This document shows, piece by piece, positions 8,613 to 17,253 of a stretch of 33,608 bases of DNA. Both the position numbers and the translations under genes were made by a program. How positions within the stretch are numbered: the stretch's first letter is position 1; every line of letters begins with the position of its first letter. The DNA comes from a virus (lineage: Duplodnaviria; Caudoviricetes). The stretch covers positions 1-33,608 of IMG/VR virus record IMGVR_UViG_3300032232_001065; one strand, given 5' to 3'. The notes beneath the pieces are model-generated. The model was not told the DNA's origin. It saw nothing but the letters and a program-made list of their open reading frames with translations, and searched no databases.

Positions 8613-8983
8613 ATCTGCCGCAAGCCATCATCGACTACTGGACCGCAAACCGTGGCACCTTGCCGCATTTGTGGCTCGAATACGCACCAGCCGAATACTT
8701 GCCACCGATTGCGATCATGGAGCCGACCGGGTTCGCCCGTGACCATGCAAACAAGCCTTTCTTTTTCGACACCCACAAATACAGATTCACGGTGCTCGGA
8801 ATAGACGCAGTCGAATCATATGAGAACGGTTTCGAATCCATTACCATGATGAACAATTTTACCTGTGCTGGCTTTATCAACCTGACAATCCAGCCCGAAC
8901 AATACGCGACCCCGTTTTCAACCGGACAGGCCAACATCTGGGCGTTTGAATTCAGTATTGACTTCCTCGTTACTCCCTCCTGA
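8609..8983 (+). CDS. Putative tail terminator
   Basis: Size and position immediately before the tail tube gene. Confidence 0.55.
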   Translation: MNLPQAIIDYWTANRGTLPHLWLEYAPAEYLPPIAIMEPTGFARDHANKPFFFDTHKYRFTVLGIDAVESYENGFESITMMNNFTCAGFINLTIQPEQYATPFSTGQANIWAFEFSIDFLVTPS

Positions 8984-9003
8984 ATCTGAAAGGGCTTTAA
9001 GCC

Positions 9004-9453
9004 ATGCCAAAAGGCAATCCGCAGACATTCCGTAATGGAACCGTGATCGTTACCCCAATCACACAATCACTTGTAGCAACCGCCAACGCGACTGCCATTC
9101 CACTGGTGATTAAATCTGGCTCGCTTGACGGTGAAATCGAAGTTGCTGAGGCGCCCACAAACCAGAACGGCACATTGGTGGCCTATGGCAACTCCAAAAC
9201 CACCATGGAGCTTTCCTGCTATGTCAGCCAGGCAAACCTTACAGCGCCGTTCTCGAACGGCACCACATGGAATTTTAGACGCGGCGACTACCTCACAGCG
9301 AACGTGTCCGCCGGAAGCCTGTCTATAGTGGGAACATTCATGGTCACAAAGTTTTCCACTTCGCTCGATCCAAACGACATTCTCAATATGGATTTCAGCT
9401 TACAAAATCACGGCGATCTAACTACCGAAAACGCCACACTCGTCTCCAATTAA
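9004..9453 (+). CDS. Major tail (tube) protein
   Basis: Beta-rich 149 aa with C-terminal GTFMVTKFSTSLDPNDILNMDFSLQNHG; precedes the chaperone and tape measure genes. Confidence 0.7.
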   Translation: MPKGNPQTFRNGTVIVTPITQSLVATANATAIPLVIKSGSLDGEIEVAEAPTNQNGTLVAYGNSKTTMELSCYVSQANLTAPFSNGTTWNFRRGDYLTANVSAGSLSIVGTFMVTKFSTSLDPNDILNMDFSLQNHGDLTTENATLVSN

Positions 9454-9462
9454 GGACCGAAT

Positions 9463-9933
9463 ATGCCTGCAGTTTTTCACCTGAATGAACTTGGTGACGA
9501 CTTTATTGAAGTCGAATCCGGCGGGGCAATATTTAAGTTGTCTCCGCTCACGATTGGCGGTCGGTCACGGATTCAGGCCACTGTCCGCAAGGTGGCCGAC
9601 GACCCGATGGATCTGGCCAACATCGCCAGCCGTGGTCAAGCTCCTGCCGTGGTCGCTGAGATCTTCAAAGTGGCCATCAGGCAGCGAGCCTACTTTCCAC
9701 CGGCAATCGATAGCGAGGACGGTGTGGCGCTTATCCTGCGGTCGATTGATCTACAGGTCGCCGTGGTTGCGGAGATGATGCGACGGTTTCAACCGGACAC
9801 AACATCCGCACAGGCGGCTGCGATCGTTGATGTGATGGATCCTATGCGGTTCGCTGATCTTGCGACCTACGCTTGGACCGGAAAACGACCGGGTGACCAC
9901 TCCCCCACAATGGCGGATCAAGCGACCCTGTAA
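9463..9933 (+). CDS. Tail assembly chaperone (gpG-like)
   Basis: Lies between tail tube and tape measure; SD AAGGA. Confidence 0.7.
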   Translation: MPAVFHLNELGDDFIEVESGGAIFKLSPLTIGGRSRIQATVRKVADDPMDLANIASRGQAPAVVAEIFKVAIRQRAYFPPAIDSEDGVALILRSIDLQVAVVAEMMRRFQPDTTSAQAAAIVDVMDPMRFADLATYAWTGKRPGDHSPTMADQATL

Positions 9934-10124
9934 ACTGGCATAAATTGATTCGCCACCTAGTCGTGGAATGCCACCTGTCGTATCGAGATGTTTTAGACTT
10001 GACACCGATTCAGGCCGTCGCTCTGGTGACGGCGGAATCGGATCCACCGGGGCTATTGCAACCCCAAACAATCATGGAGCTGACTGCTCCGTTTCTGGAG
10101 GCTTTGGAACATGGCCGGAACTGA
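9897..10124 (+). CDS. -1 frame extension of the tail chaperone (gpT-like), no evident own start
   Basis: Open -1 frame ...SDPVNWHKLIRHLVVECHLSYRDVLDLTPIQAVAL...HGRN* fills the gap to the tape measure gene. Confidence 0.65.
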   Translation, partial: PLPHNGGSSDPVNWHKLIRHLVVECHLSYRDVLDLTPIQAVALVTAESDPPGLLQPQTIMELTAPFLEALEHGRN

Positions 10125-11523
10125 GGTTGGTAATCTCTATGTCAAGATCGGCACGAACCTTGCCGGACTGACAAACGGCTTATCCAAAGCACTCGGCGCT
10201 GTCGGAGGATTCGCCAAGACGGTCGGAGCATTCGCCTTGGGCAACCTGCTGGCAAAAGGGATCGGAGGTGCGTTCTCCGCAATCACAGGCAACATTGGGG
10301 CCAGTATCACCAACGCCAGCACCCTCAACGAAACACTCTCCAAGACAGACGTTCTGCTGGGAAATTCCGCAGACCAGGCGAAAAAGTTCTCCGCCGCACT
10401 TGAATCGAAGGGACTTGGCTCGCAGGCGGAAATCCTTGAAAGCTATCTGGCCAGCGTCAATCAACTGACCAACCAGGGCGTCGGCAAACAAATGGCCCAG
10501 AACCTTGCCGAACAGCTTGAAGTCAGGGTAGGTGATCTGGCATCCCAGGATAATGCCGACCCGAAGATGATCCGTGAAAATCTAGCGTCCGCGATGGCCG
10601 GTGAATTCCAGATCCTTCGCAAGTATGGTGTGGACGCGAGCGCAGAGGACCAGCAAGCCAGCGGCAAAACCCGTTCAGAATATGTCATCAGTAAGTTCAT
10701 GGCCAAAACCAAGCGATCTGAAGGCGATTTTGACCGGACGAAATACGGTTTCGCCAATCTTGGCCGGGCATCCGACACCAAGACCACCGCCGCATCGACC
10801 CGCGTTGGACAAGATTTGCTAATCGTTGGCCAGGCATTTCAATATTTCCGTGGCCGATTCATGGACACGATTATGAAGGTGGCCGAAGGTGGGGCATTTA
10901 AAAAGCTGGGCGAGAATATCTACACCGCGTTCTCCTATATCGCATTGGCCGCCGACGCACTTATCGGACCGATCGTAAACGCTCTGACAAATGCGCTCAC
11001 CACCGTCTCAGGTTACGCTGCACAGGTGGCCGCGTTCCTGGCTAATCCTGCCGACACTTGGAAGCTAATCACAAATGGAATTGCACTCACTTTGCTATCC
11101 ATCTGGGAGACATTAACCGCTGTCGCAAGCAAATTGAGTCTCGGGCTGATCGCAAAGCAAGACATGGGTGGTGCCAAGCAACTCATTCAGGAAGATAGCG
11201 CAGCTGCAAAAGAACGCATTGCGGCATCCAAGGCATCGTTTGATGCTCAGGTCGGCGACTTGAAAAACAAATTCACAGCATCCACGCCGTCTTTGAGTGG
11301 TGCTGGTGCCCTCGGCCTGGACGCACCCGCCGCAACTAGTATGAAAGCCAGTTCCTCCGCTTTCAACTCGCTGTTGTCCGGTGTGTTCGCTCAAAAGCCT
11401 GATAAACAATTGGGCGTTCTGCAACAAATTGCAACCAACACCGCACCCAAGGACACCGGCTCCGCACCGGTGACAAATAAAGCTACACTCGCAACAACTA
11501 AAAATGGAGGCAGCATCCTATGA
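10111..11523 (+). CDS. Tape measure protein (short, 470 aa)
   Basis: N-terminal VGNLYVKIG; Ala/Gly-rich helical composition; SD GGAGG; position. Confidence 0.85.
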   Translation: MAGTEVGNLYVKIGTNLAGLTNGLSKALGAVGGFAKTVGAFALGNLLAKGIGGAFSAITGNIGASITNASTLNETLSKTDVLLGNSADQAKKFSAALESKGLGSQAEILESYLASVNQLTNQGVGKQMAQNLAEQLEVRVGDLASQDNADPKMIRENLASAMAGEFQILRKYGVDASAEDQQASGKTRSEYVISKFMAKTKRSEGDFDRTKYGFANLGRASDTKTTAASTRVGQDLLIVGQAFQYFRGRFMDTIMKVAEGGAFKKLGENIYTAFSYIALAADALIGPIVNALTNALTTVSGYAAQVAAFLANPADTWKLITNGIALTLLSIWETLTAVASKLSLGLIAKQDMGGAKQLIQEDSAAAKERIAASKASFDAQVGDLKNKFTASTPSLSGAGALGLDAPAATSMKASSSAFNSLLSGVFAQKPDKQLGVLQQIATNTAPKDTGSAPVTNKATLATTKNGGSIL

Positions 11524-12722
11524 TGATATTTGAAGGCTGGATTCCGCATACCGACGGCTTTGGATATTCAGGCGAAGCCAACACGCTGACCTATTCAGGC
11601 CGCTGGCGTGCCCCTTACAGCACGTTGACGCTGACACAGGCACGCAACCTGATCGACCCAGCAGGACGTTTCTTGGCCGCAGCAAATGCGACCATCGGGA
11701 CACCTTCGCCAGCTTATGCTTATAAAGAGCAGATTGAGCATTCTCTAGTCGCTGGTTTAACCGCCCAGCGCATGACGATCAAACCGCTTAACGATTTCAA
11801 CGGCTACTCGATGGACACCTTGACAGGCAACTCCAACGATGGTTTATGGGCCTCAAACGCAACCGCTCAAAACATTATTCAGAACGCGGGAAATTGTATT
11901 GTTGATGTCGAATGGATGCTGAAACCAGTGAATTGTTTTGGCATCAATTGTGCCTACGTTTCGGTGAACGGGACCGGTGAATTTCAGGAGATGGGCGCCG
12001 ACCGGACTGGCTACACAATCCAAGACACCCGTTACCAGAGCGGAAATATAAGCAATTCCACATATCCACTCGACACGCCCGGCAAGATCGGCATCGACGT
12101 GATTACAGCCTGCACGCCCTCCAACACCACAACGTGGGCCAATGCCACGTGGTCGTATCTGCAACTTTACCCGCTCTCAAAAGGGCAGACATTAATTGAG
12201 CCAAAGGACTCAATAACAATTGAATATCCGTGGGTTGCATCAGATCGCGTGAATCTCTCATTAATGCGGTCATTGCGTGGAAAAATCAATTTGCACGACA
12301 CTGTTCAATGGCCAGCGGGATCACTGCTTTACGAAGGTTCGGACGTTGAATCGGCCATCTCTCCACTAGGAATTATGGGCTACAAGATCACTCACCATTT
12401 TACCGCTAAAGATCGAGACTGGAATCTTATACCGATCACACCATCAGCCATTTCCAGCACCAGCTCGAACGTGACATGGAAGCAAACAAGCTACGGATGG
12501 GCCACATTCAGGCCACCCACCTTGACCAGCAACGGTTCTTACGCGCCCGGCCAACCGGCTGGCTTGTACCCTAACCTGACGCTGACAAATAAATACGACT
12601 CGTATTTAAATCGGGTCTATCAGTACGCTGACTTCTGGACATCCTCAGTTGCAACCCTGTTTTATTACGGCTTTGACCCGACAGCGGCACAGGCGACCCC
12701 AGCCGTTTGGCCTTACACTTGA
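11520..12722 (+). CDS. Tail tip/distal tail-like protein
   Basis: Follows the tape measure gene; Thr/Ser/Asn-rich; ATGA coupling. Confidence 0.55.
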   Translation: MMIFEGWIPHTDGFGYSGEANTLTYSGRWRAPYSTLTLTQARNLIDPAGRFLAAANATIGTPSPAYAYKEQIEHSLVAGLTAQRMTIKPLNDFNGYSMDTLTGNSNDGLWASNATAQNIIQNAGNCIVDVEWMLKPVNCFGINCAYVSVNGTGEFQEMGADRTGYTIQDTRYQSGNISNSTYPLDTPGKIGIDVITACTPSNTTTWANATWSYLQLYPLSKGQTLIEPKDSITIEYPWVASDRVNLSLMRSLRGKINLHDTVQWPAGSLLYEGSDVESAISPLGIMGYKITHHFTAKDRDWNLIPITPSAISSTSSNVTWKQTSYGWATFRPPTLTSNGSYAPGQPAGLYPNLTLTNKYDSYLNRVYQYADFWTSSVATLFYYGFDPTAAQATPAVWPYT

Positions 12723-12734
12723 CAGGAGGACGCG

Positions 12735-13244
12735 ATGCCAGCGATAGTCTACACAACAACCGTATTCACCGGCGCAGGACTTCGCAACCTTGCCGGGCAG
12801 CGTGTTTCTTATCAGTGGTTTGGGTACGCACTTGACCCCGCCAACGGGACAATCCCAACGACACTCACCAGCATCTTGAACGGCACCATTTCAATCGAGC
12901 AAAACACGCCAGTCGCAACCGCACCAACGACAGCGTTCAACGGATTCACTGATGGCTGGAGCGAATGCACCACCATTTCAGGCTCTGTGGAAGGATACAT
13001 ACAGCCTTCCTCCGTGGTGCCGACTGTCTCAGGCGTAACCACTTCGTTCATGTCCAGCCGGTACTATTTCAAAGTCCTGATCGGGTCAGTTTACTACGCT
13101 GGTTTCGGCTATTTCTCTAGCGCCAAAATCAGTGCAGACGTTAACGACGTAATCAAAGTTGCATTTGATTTCACGCTAGTGGGCATCCCTACGACCGCAC
13201 AGATGGCCATCGTCACAGGAGGATCGGCACCGCCGACCACATAA
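12735..13244 (+). CDS. Second tail-tube-like protein
   Basis: SGSVEGY and GYFSSAKISADVNDVIKVAFDFTLVG parallel the C-terminus of 9004-9453; SD AGGAGG. Confidence 0.5.
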   Translation: MPAIVYTTTVFTGAGLRNLAGQRVSYQWFGYALDPANGTIPTTLTSILNGTISIEQNTPVATAPTTAFNGFTDGWSECTTISGSVEGYIQPSSVVPTVSGVTTSFMSSRYYFKVLIGSVYYAGFGYFSSAKISADVNDVIKVAFDFTLVGIPTTAQMAIVTGGSAPPTT

Positions 13245-13246
13245 AC

Positions 13247-13552
13247 ATGAAACGCAAATCACTGAATGTCACTGGAATGCGGGCTTGCGTCACACCAAAC
13301 GGACTGACGATTCAACAAATCAGCGATGGCGAATTCCTGATCAAGGTCACGGGCAAAACCGTTGTCAACGGTGTGAGCCAATACACATGGACGCAGGTCA
13401 CCCGTGCCAGTGATGGCAGCTATCAAAACAGCACCCAAAGCGGTGGACCAGGTTACGACCCTGCATTTGAGATGAACAATCAAGACGCCACGCTTGGATG
13501 GGTTTATCGTGCCAAGCGAGATCAATCCACCGGCCAACCGCTTTTTTTTTGA
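13247..13552 (+). CDS. Tail-associated protein, N-terminal module ending on a T9 slippery run
   Basis: Ends CTT TTT TTT TGA (QPLFF*). Confidence 0.7.
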   Translation: MKRKSLNVTGMRACVTPNGLTIQQISDGEFLIKVTGKTVVNGVSQYTWTQVTRASDGSYQNSTQSGGPGYDPAFEMNNQDATLGWVYRAKRDQSTGQPLFF

Positions 13553-15345
13553 GAGCGAATTCTTGCACCGCTCCCACGGACCCCGGTTGGCCAGTCAGCT
13601 TATTCGGTTTTGGTGGATTGATGGAGTTTGTTTATCTTGATCAGGTGGACGCATACGGAAATTATTACATCAATCCTTCTGTGCCTGACAAAACACCGTT
13701 AAAGCATATTCAAGACTGGCGTGTAGCCATCCTGAAAGGCGATGACGGCAATACCTATCAGGTTCGTGGATATTCTGGTTGGTATTTCCAAGCCAGTGCG
13801 TCAACTTCCGAATTAGACATTAACGCCACAGCCAACGACGAAATGGACGTTGTCTACGGTCGAACCGATTGGAAAGATTTTGTCATGTGGTGGGCCAATA
13901 AGCCCGCCGGATATGCGAACCCGACAACAAGCACAAGTTACAAATTTTACGGTGTCGAGCACCTGTTCATGGGCCTTACTGAATTTGGTGGTCACTACTT
14001 TGTTTCCAACGGTTACACGCCTGTGGGCAGTCCGCCAGGGACGATCAATTTTGATCGCTATGCCGGCCCAATCAGGATGAGTTATTTGTATGGCCCACAC
14101 GGTGATAGCACCGAACACAAGATCTATCACACAATGAAAATGGAATTGCTGAGTAAATGCACAATTGAACTGAGCGGGAAAACTCCAACGATTCAAAACT
14201 GGAGTAATCTGGGATCTTTGATTCCTGCGGGGAACAAGGTCAAAATTACGCCAGGCTCAGATACGCTTTTGATTATTGATGGCCAACGTGGTATCCGAAT
14301 TAGAACCAACGGTTGGCATGCCCATTTCGGCGACCACATATTTAAGAATTCCGTATCTCGCCAATATCGTTGGGGTGGAAATATTGAATGGGTGGTTGCC
14401 GCAGGTTTTGCACCTTGGCCAGACGAGCCGATCCAAGGTACATATTTGTACTCAACTGATCCGACCACTGGCGTAACCACTTACGGTTCAACATTGCAAT
14501 TGGCTGGTTATCATCACTGGTTCTTGCAGCAGTGGTGTGACAATTACCCTGGTCGCATGGACCGATACAATATTCAGGCAAAAGCCAGCATCTGGTACAA
14601 ACGGGCAACGCCACCATCACCCAACGCATGGAGCCTCCCAGACCCTCACAGAGTCGTGAAAGGCACTTATGATTTGCCAGTGGCTGACGAAGTGGCTTAC
14701 AGTCAGGCTGGCGTATTTGAGACCATGCACGAACCGCCAGATCCGCTTTTCAATGTTGATGCCAGTTTTGCCGATTCCATTGGAATTTCATTTTCATTCA
14801 CTCAGGCGTCCAACAACTGGCAGTATGCGCATATCGAATTCTTTTCCAGCGGATCGCTCATCGGTTCAAAGTTCCTGAAGTTTGATCAGGTCTCGACAGG
14901 ATCCACATCAGGCTATATTACTTTTACGGAACAGATCCCTTGGAAGCGTGCTACCTCCAGTGGTGGTGGTGGAGGATACCCCGGCTCAGGCGACCCAGTC
15001 GTCCCAACGGAAGAGACCGGGGCCGCAGAATACGCCAACGAAGGAAACATGCTTTGCCTTCCGTTTGGATCACGCATCCCATCAATCCTGCCAACATGTG
15101 GTATCCAACTCACCGCCATTGGATCTGCTGGGGTTGCTTTTACAGCGGTCGCATTCAGCACACGAAAGACTACCGGAATCAGTAGTGCCGCGATTTCGTG
15201 GGGTGACGGATCGTCTGACTCTGTCACGCTGGGAACATCCATCAACCACACTTGGGCCAGTGTGGGAATTTATACAGTGACATGTATTGTCAATCACGCT
15301 GACGGATCAACGGATTCAGCAAACACCTACGTGACGGTTGAATAA
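13498..15345 (+). CDS. Large tail/receptor-binding protein with C-terminal PKD-like domain; probably translated by -1 frameshift from 13247
   Basis: Long ORF in the -1 frame across the T9 run; ISWGDGS...INHTWASVGIYTVTCIV PKD motif; true start uncertain. Confidence 0.7.
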   Translation: MGLSCQARSIHRPTAFFLRANSCTAPTDPGWPVSLFGFGGLMEFVYLDQVDAYGNYYINPSVPDKTPLKHIQDWRVAILKGDDGNTYQVRGYSGWYFQASASTSELDINATANDEMDVVYGRTDWKDFVMWWANKPAGYANPTTSTSYKFYGVEHLFMGLTEFGGHYFVSNGYTPVGSPPGTINFDRYAGPIRMSYLYGPHGDSTEHKIYHTMKMELLSKCTIELSGKTPTIQNWSNLGSLIPAGNKVKITPGSDTLLIIDGQRGIRIRTNGWHAHFGDHIFKNSVSRQYRWGGNIEWVVAAGFAPWPDEPIQGTYLYSTDPTTGVTTYGSTLQLAGYHHWFLQQWCDNYPGRMDRYNIQAKASIWYKRATPPSPNAWSLPDPHRVVKGTYDLPVADEVAYSQAGVFETMHEPPDPLFNVDASFADSIGISFSFTQASNNWQYAHIEFFSSGSLIGSKFLKFDQVSTGSTSGYITFTEQIPWKRATSSGGGGGYPGSGDPVVPTEETGAAEYANEGNMLCLPFGSRIPSILPTCGIQLTAIGSAGVAFTAVAFSTRKTTGISSAAISWGDGSSDSVTLGTSINHTWASVGIYTVTCIVNHADGSTDSANTYVTVE

Positions 15346-15390
15346 ACAAATAAATTAGCCCGCAACCTACATACCTCGTAAACCACGGGC
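15346..15390 (-). terminator. Intrinsic terminator-like hairpin on the minus strand
   Basis: Minus strand GCCCGTGGTTTAC-N7-GTAGGTTGCGGGC (13 bp with five G-U pairs, so fully paired only on this strand), followed by TAATTTATTTGT. Confidence 0.55.
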
Positions 15391-15516
15391 CATCAAAGAT
15401 CAACTGAAAAAGCGTGTCCAGAGCTGTCCGGGCGCCCCCCTTGTTTGCTGATTACTGGAGGGCGAACATACCCGCCAACAATCCCGCTCTGGCCTTCGCC
15501 AGTGTTGTGAGATTAA

Positions 15517-15525
15517 ATTATATCA
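15517..15525 (-). promoter_or_regulatory. Extended -10 promoter candidate (TGnTATAAT)
   Basis: Reverse complement of ATTATATCA is TGATATAAT, in an AT-rich intergenic region. Confidence 0.5.
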
Positions 15526-15633
15526 GACCTGAAAATTTGTTCCATAGTTAACATAAAATATGAAGTATGTGATGTCACAAGTCGATAATTAGGTTAGGCG
15601 GAATCACTTGTCACTTGCATGGAGGCCAAACAC

Positions 15634-15903
15634 ATGGCATCTTGGACAGTCACACTATCGTTTTTCGGGGCCAGCATCACATTGGCCCAGCAACCTGGCG
15701 AATCAGACTCATGGACGGACCCAAACGAGCCGGACGGCCAAAGACCCGTGAGGTCAAACCGCCGACGAAGACGGCCAAGCTATCGCATGCGCCAGGGCGT
15801 GCGTCCAGGTTCACAATCTCGATCAGCTCAGAGCAACGTATCAAGCTGGCGCACATGGCTGCGAGAAACGGTATCTCTGAAGCCGAACAGATTCGGAGGC
15901 TGA
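15634..15903 (+). CDS. Hypothetical Arg-rich protein overlapping the RHH ORF
   Basis: GGAGG 8 nt before ATG 15634; MASWTVTLSFFG... Confidence 0.35.
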   Translation: MASWTVTLSFFGASITLAQQPGESDSWTDPNEPDGQRPVRSNRRRRRPSYRMRQGVRPGSQSRSAQSNVSSWRTWLRETVSLKPNRFGG

Positions 15904-15923
15904 TTGATGAGGCAAAACTTTAA
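15711..15923 (+). CDS. Ribbon-helix-helix (CopG/Arc-like) DNA-binding protein
   Basis: GRPK then RFTISISSEQRIKLAHMAARNGISEAEQIRRLID; start uncertain. Confidence 0.7.
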   Translation: MDGPKRAGRPKTREVKPPTKTAKLSHAPGRASRFTISISSEQRIKLAHMAARNGISEAEQIRRLIDEAKL

Positions 15924-15978
15924 CAAACCTCTGACACATTGAAAAAGGTGTACTCATTTTTAACACTTACCTAAACTA

Positions 15979-15994
15979 CCCCCCCCCCCCCCCC
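15979..15994. repeat. C16 homopolymer
   Basis: 16 consecutive C between the converging RHH and integrase genes. Confidence 0.9.
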
Positions 15995-16020
15995 TTGAAT
16001 TATGTTGCGTAGGTTAACGA

Positions 16021-17055
16021 TCATCCGACATCCTCCGATACCATTTTGCCCAATGTGGTCGAGACTTCTGCATAGATTTCTGTGGTTCTGGCTGAACTGT
16101 GGCCTAGCGCCGCCTGAGCTGCGTCCAAACCAAACTTGGCTCTGACCATGGTCGCGTGGTAGTGCCGAATCTGGTGGCTGGTAAAGTGTGGAACCTTGGC
16201 ACGCTTGCAAGCGATCTTGACCCACCTGCCATAGTAGTCGCTCGTCATATCGGTAAAGAGTCGTTTGTGAGGATCATCCGTCTTCCACTCGTTTATCAGA
16301 GCCATCGCCCGTGGACCCAGATGAACGGTCCTATCCTTGTTCCTCCACCTGTTTTTATGTTTGTATGGCGAATAAATGTTCTCATTGATTTCGGCCATCG
16401 TCATCCTGAGCACCTCACCACACCTCATGCCTGTATAAAGTTGCATCCTAAGCACAGCGGCAATCCGTGGCTGACAGTGATCCAGAATCGACTCGACCAC
16501 CTCACACGCAACTGGCTTGACCTTCTTTGGTTGTTTGGCCGAAGATCGACCAGGCTTGATCTTCCTGACAGTCAACAGGGCTGACCAGACGGTGGGTGTC
16601 ACCAGATCCATCTGAGCCGCCCAACGGAAGATGTTCAAAAGATAGTTGTGTTTTTTGTTGATGGTCGTCAAAGCCAATCGTTTATCCACCCACATCTGGA
16701 TCAGCTCAGTCAAACGACCAGGCGAAAACTTTTCCGCCGGATAGTCAAACCGTTCCAAATCTTTGACGACTCGACCAACCGCTTTATCCTCATCAGAGTC
16801 TGGGGGCTTTTCTCTTTTTACGTGCTCTAGGTATTTTGTAGCGATTGTCGCAACACTGAGTCTGACTTGAACTTCCACCTTGGGACATGGCTCACCATAA
16901 GCCATGATATTCGAGAGCATCTTGGCATAGGACTCCGCTGCCTCGATGCTTCCCGATAAACCCGTATATATTTCCGTACCGTTCCAAGTGATGTAGGAAC
17001 GGCCAGAACCTTTGTGATGACAATGAGTTGGGACAAGAGATTTCTTACGTCCCAT
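16021..17055 (-). CDS. int: Tyrosine recombinase/integrase
   Basis: YTGMRCGE (R), HQIRH (HxxR), LGHS and TEIYA (Y); likely start MGRKKS at 17055. Confidence 0.95.
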   Translation of the reverse strand: MGRKKSLVPTHCHHKGSGRSYITWNGTEIYTGLSGSIEAAESYAKMLSNIMAYGEPCPKVEVQVRLSVATIATKYLEHVKREKPPDSDEDKAVGRVVKDLERFDYPAEKFSPGRLTELIQMWVDKRLALTTINKKHNYLLNIFRWAAQMDLVTPTVWSALLTVRKIKPGRSSAKQPKKVKPVACEVVESILDHCQPRIAAVLRMQLYTGMRCGEVLRMTMAEINENIYSPYKHKNRWRNKDRTVHLGPRAMALINEWKTDDPHKRLFTDMTSDYYGRWVKIACKRAKVPHFTSHQIRHYHATMVRAKFGLDAAQAALGHSSARTTEIYAEVSTTLGKMVSEDVG

Positions 17056-17212
17056 GTCGAAGGTATCTATGATAAATCCGTACATTTACGGAGGTATTCC
17101 AGGCAATTTGTTGAATTTTAGAAGCGAAGAAGAGGATGGAGAAATACTTATATACCATGCAAGTTCCTTGTCAAATAGATGTTAAAACTTTCTGTCGCGT
17201 AAACTAAGATAG

Positions 17213-17253
17213 TACGCCCGACAGGATTCGAACCTGTGACCGACGGATTAGAA
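17213..17253 (-). other. Probable attP core: 3' half of tRNA-Arg(TCT)
   Basis: Minus strand TTCTAA-TCCGT-CGGTC-ACAGG-TTCGAAT-CCTGT-CGGGCGTA. The 5' anticodon stem, D arm and 5' acceptor strand are absent. Adjacent to int. Confidence 0.85.

Noticed and set aside
9968-10171. 67-aa ORF between chaperone and tape measure
   Set aside because: The -1 frame 9897-10124 looks like the real chaperone extension; this frame has no supporting features.
13247-15345. Diversity-generating retroelement or invertible host-range cassette
   Set aside because: No reverse transcriptase, TR/VR pair, invertase or flanking inverted repeats seen.
15568-15579. CRP site
   Set aside because: TGTGA/TCACA half-sites are 2 bp apart rather than 6.
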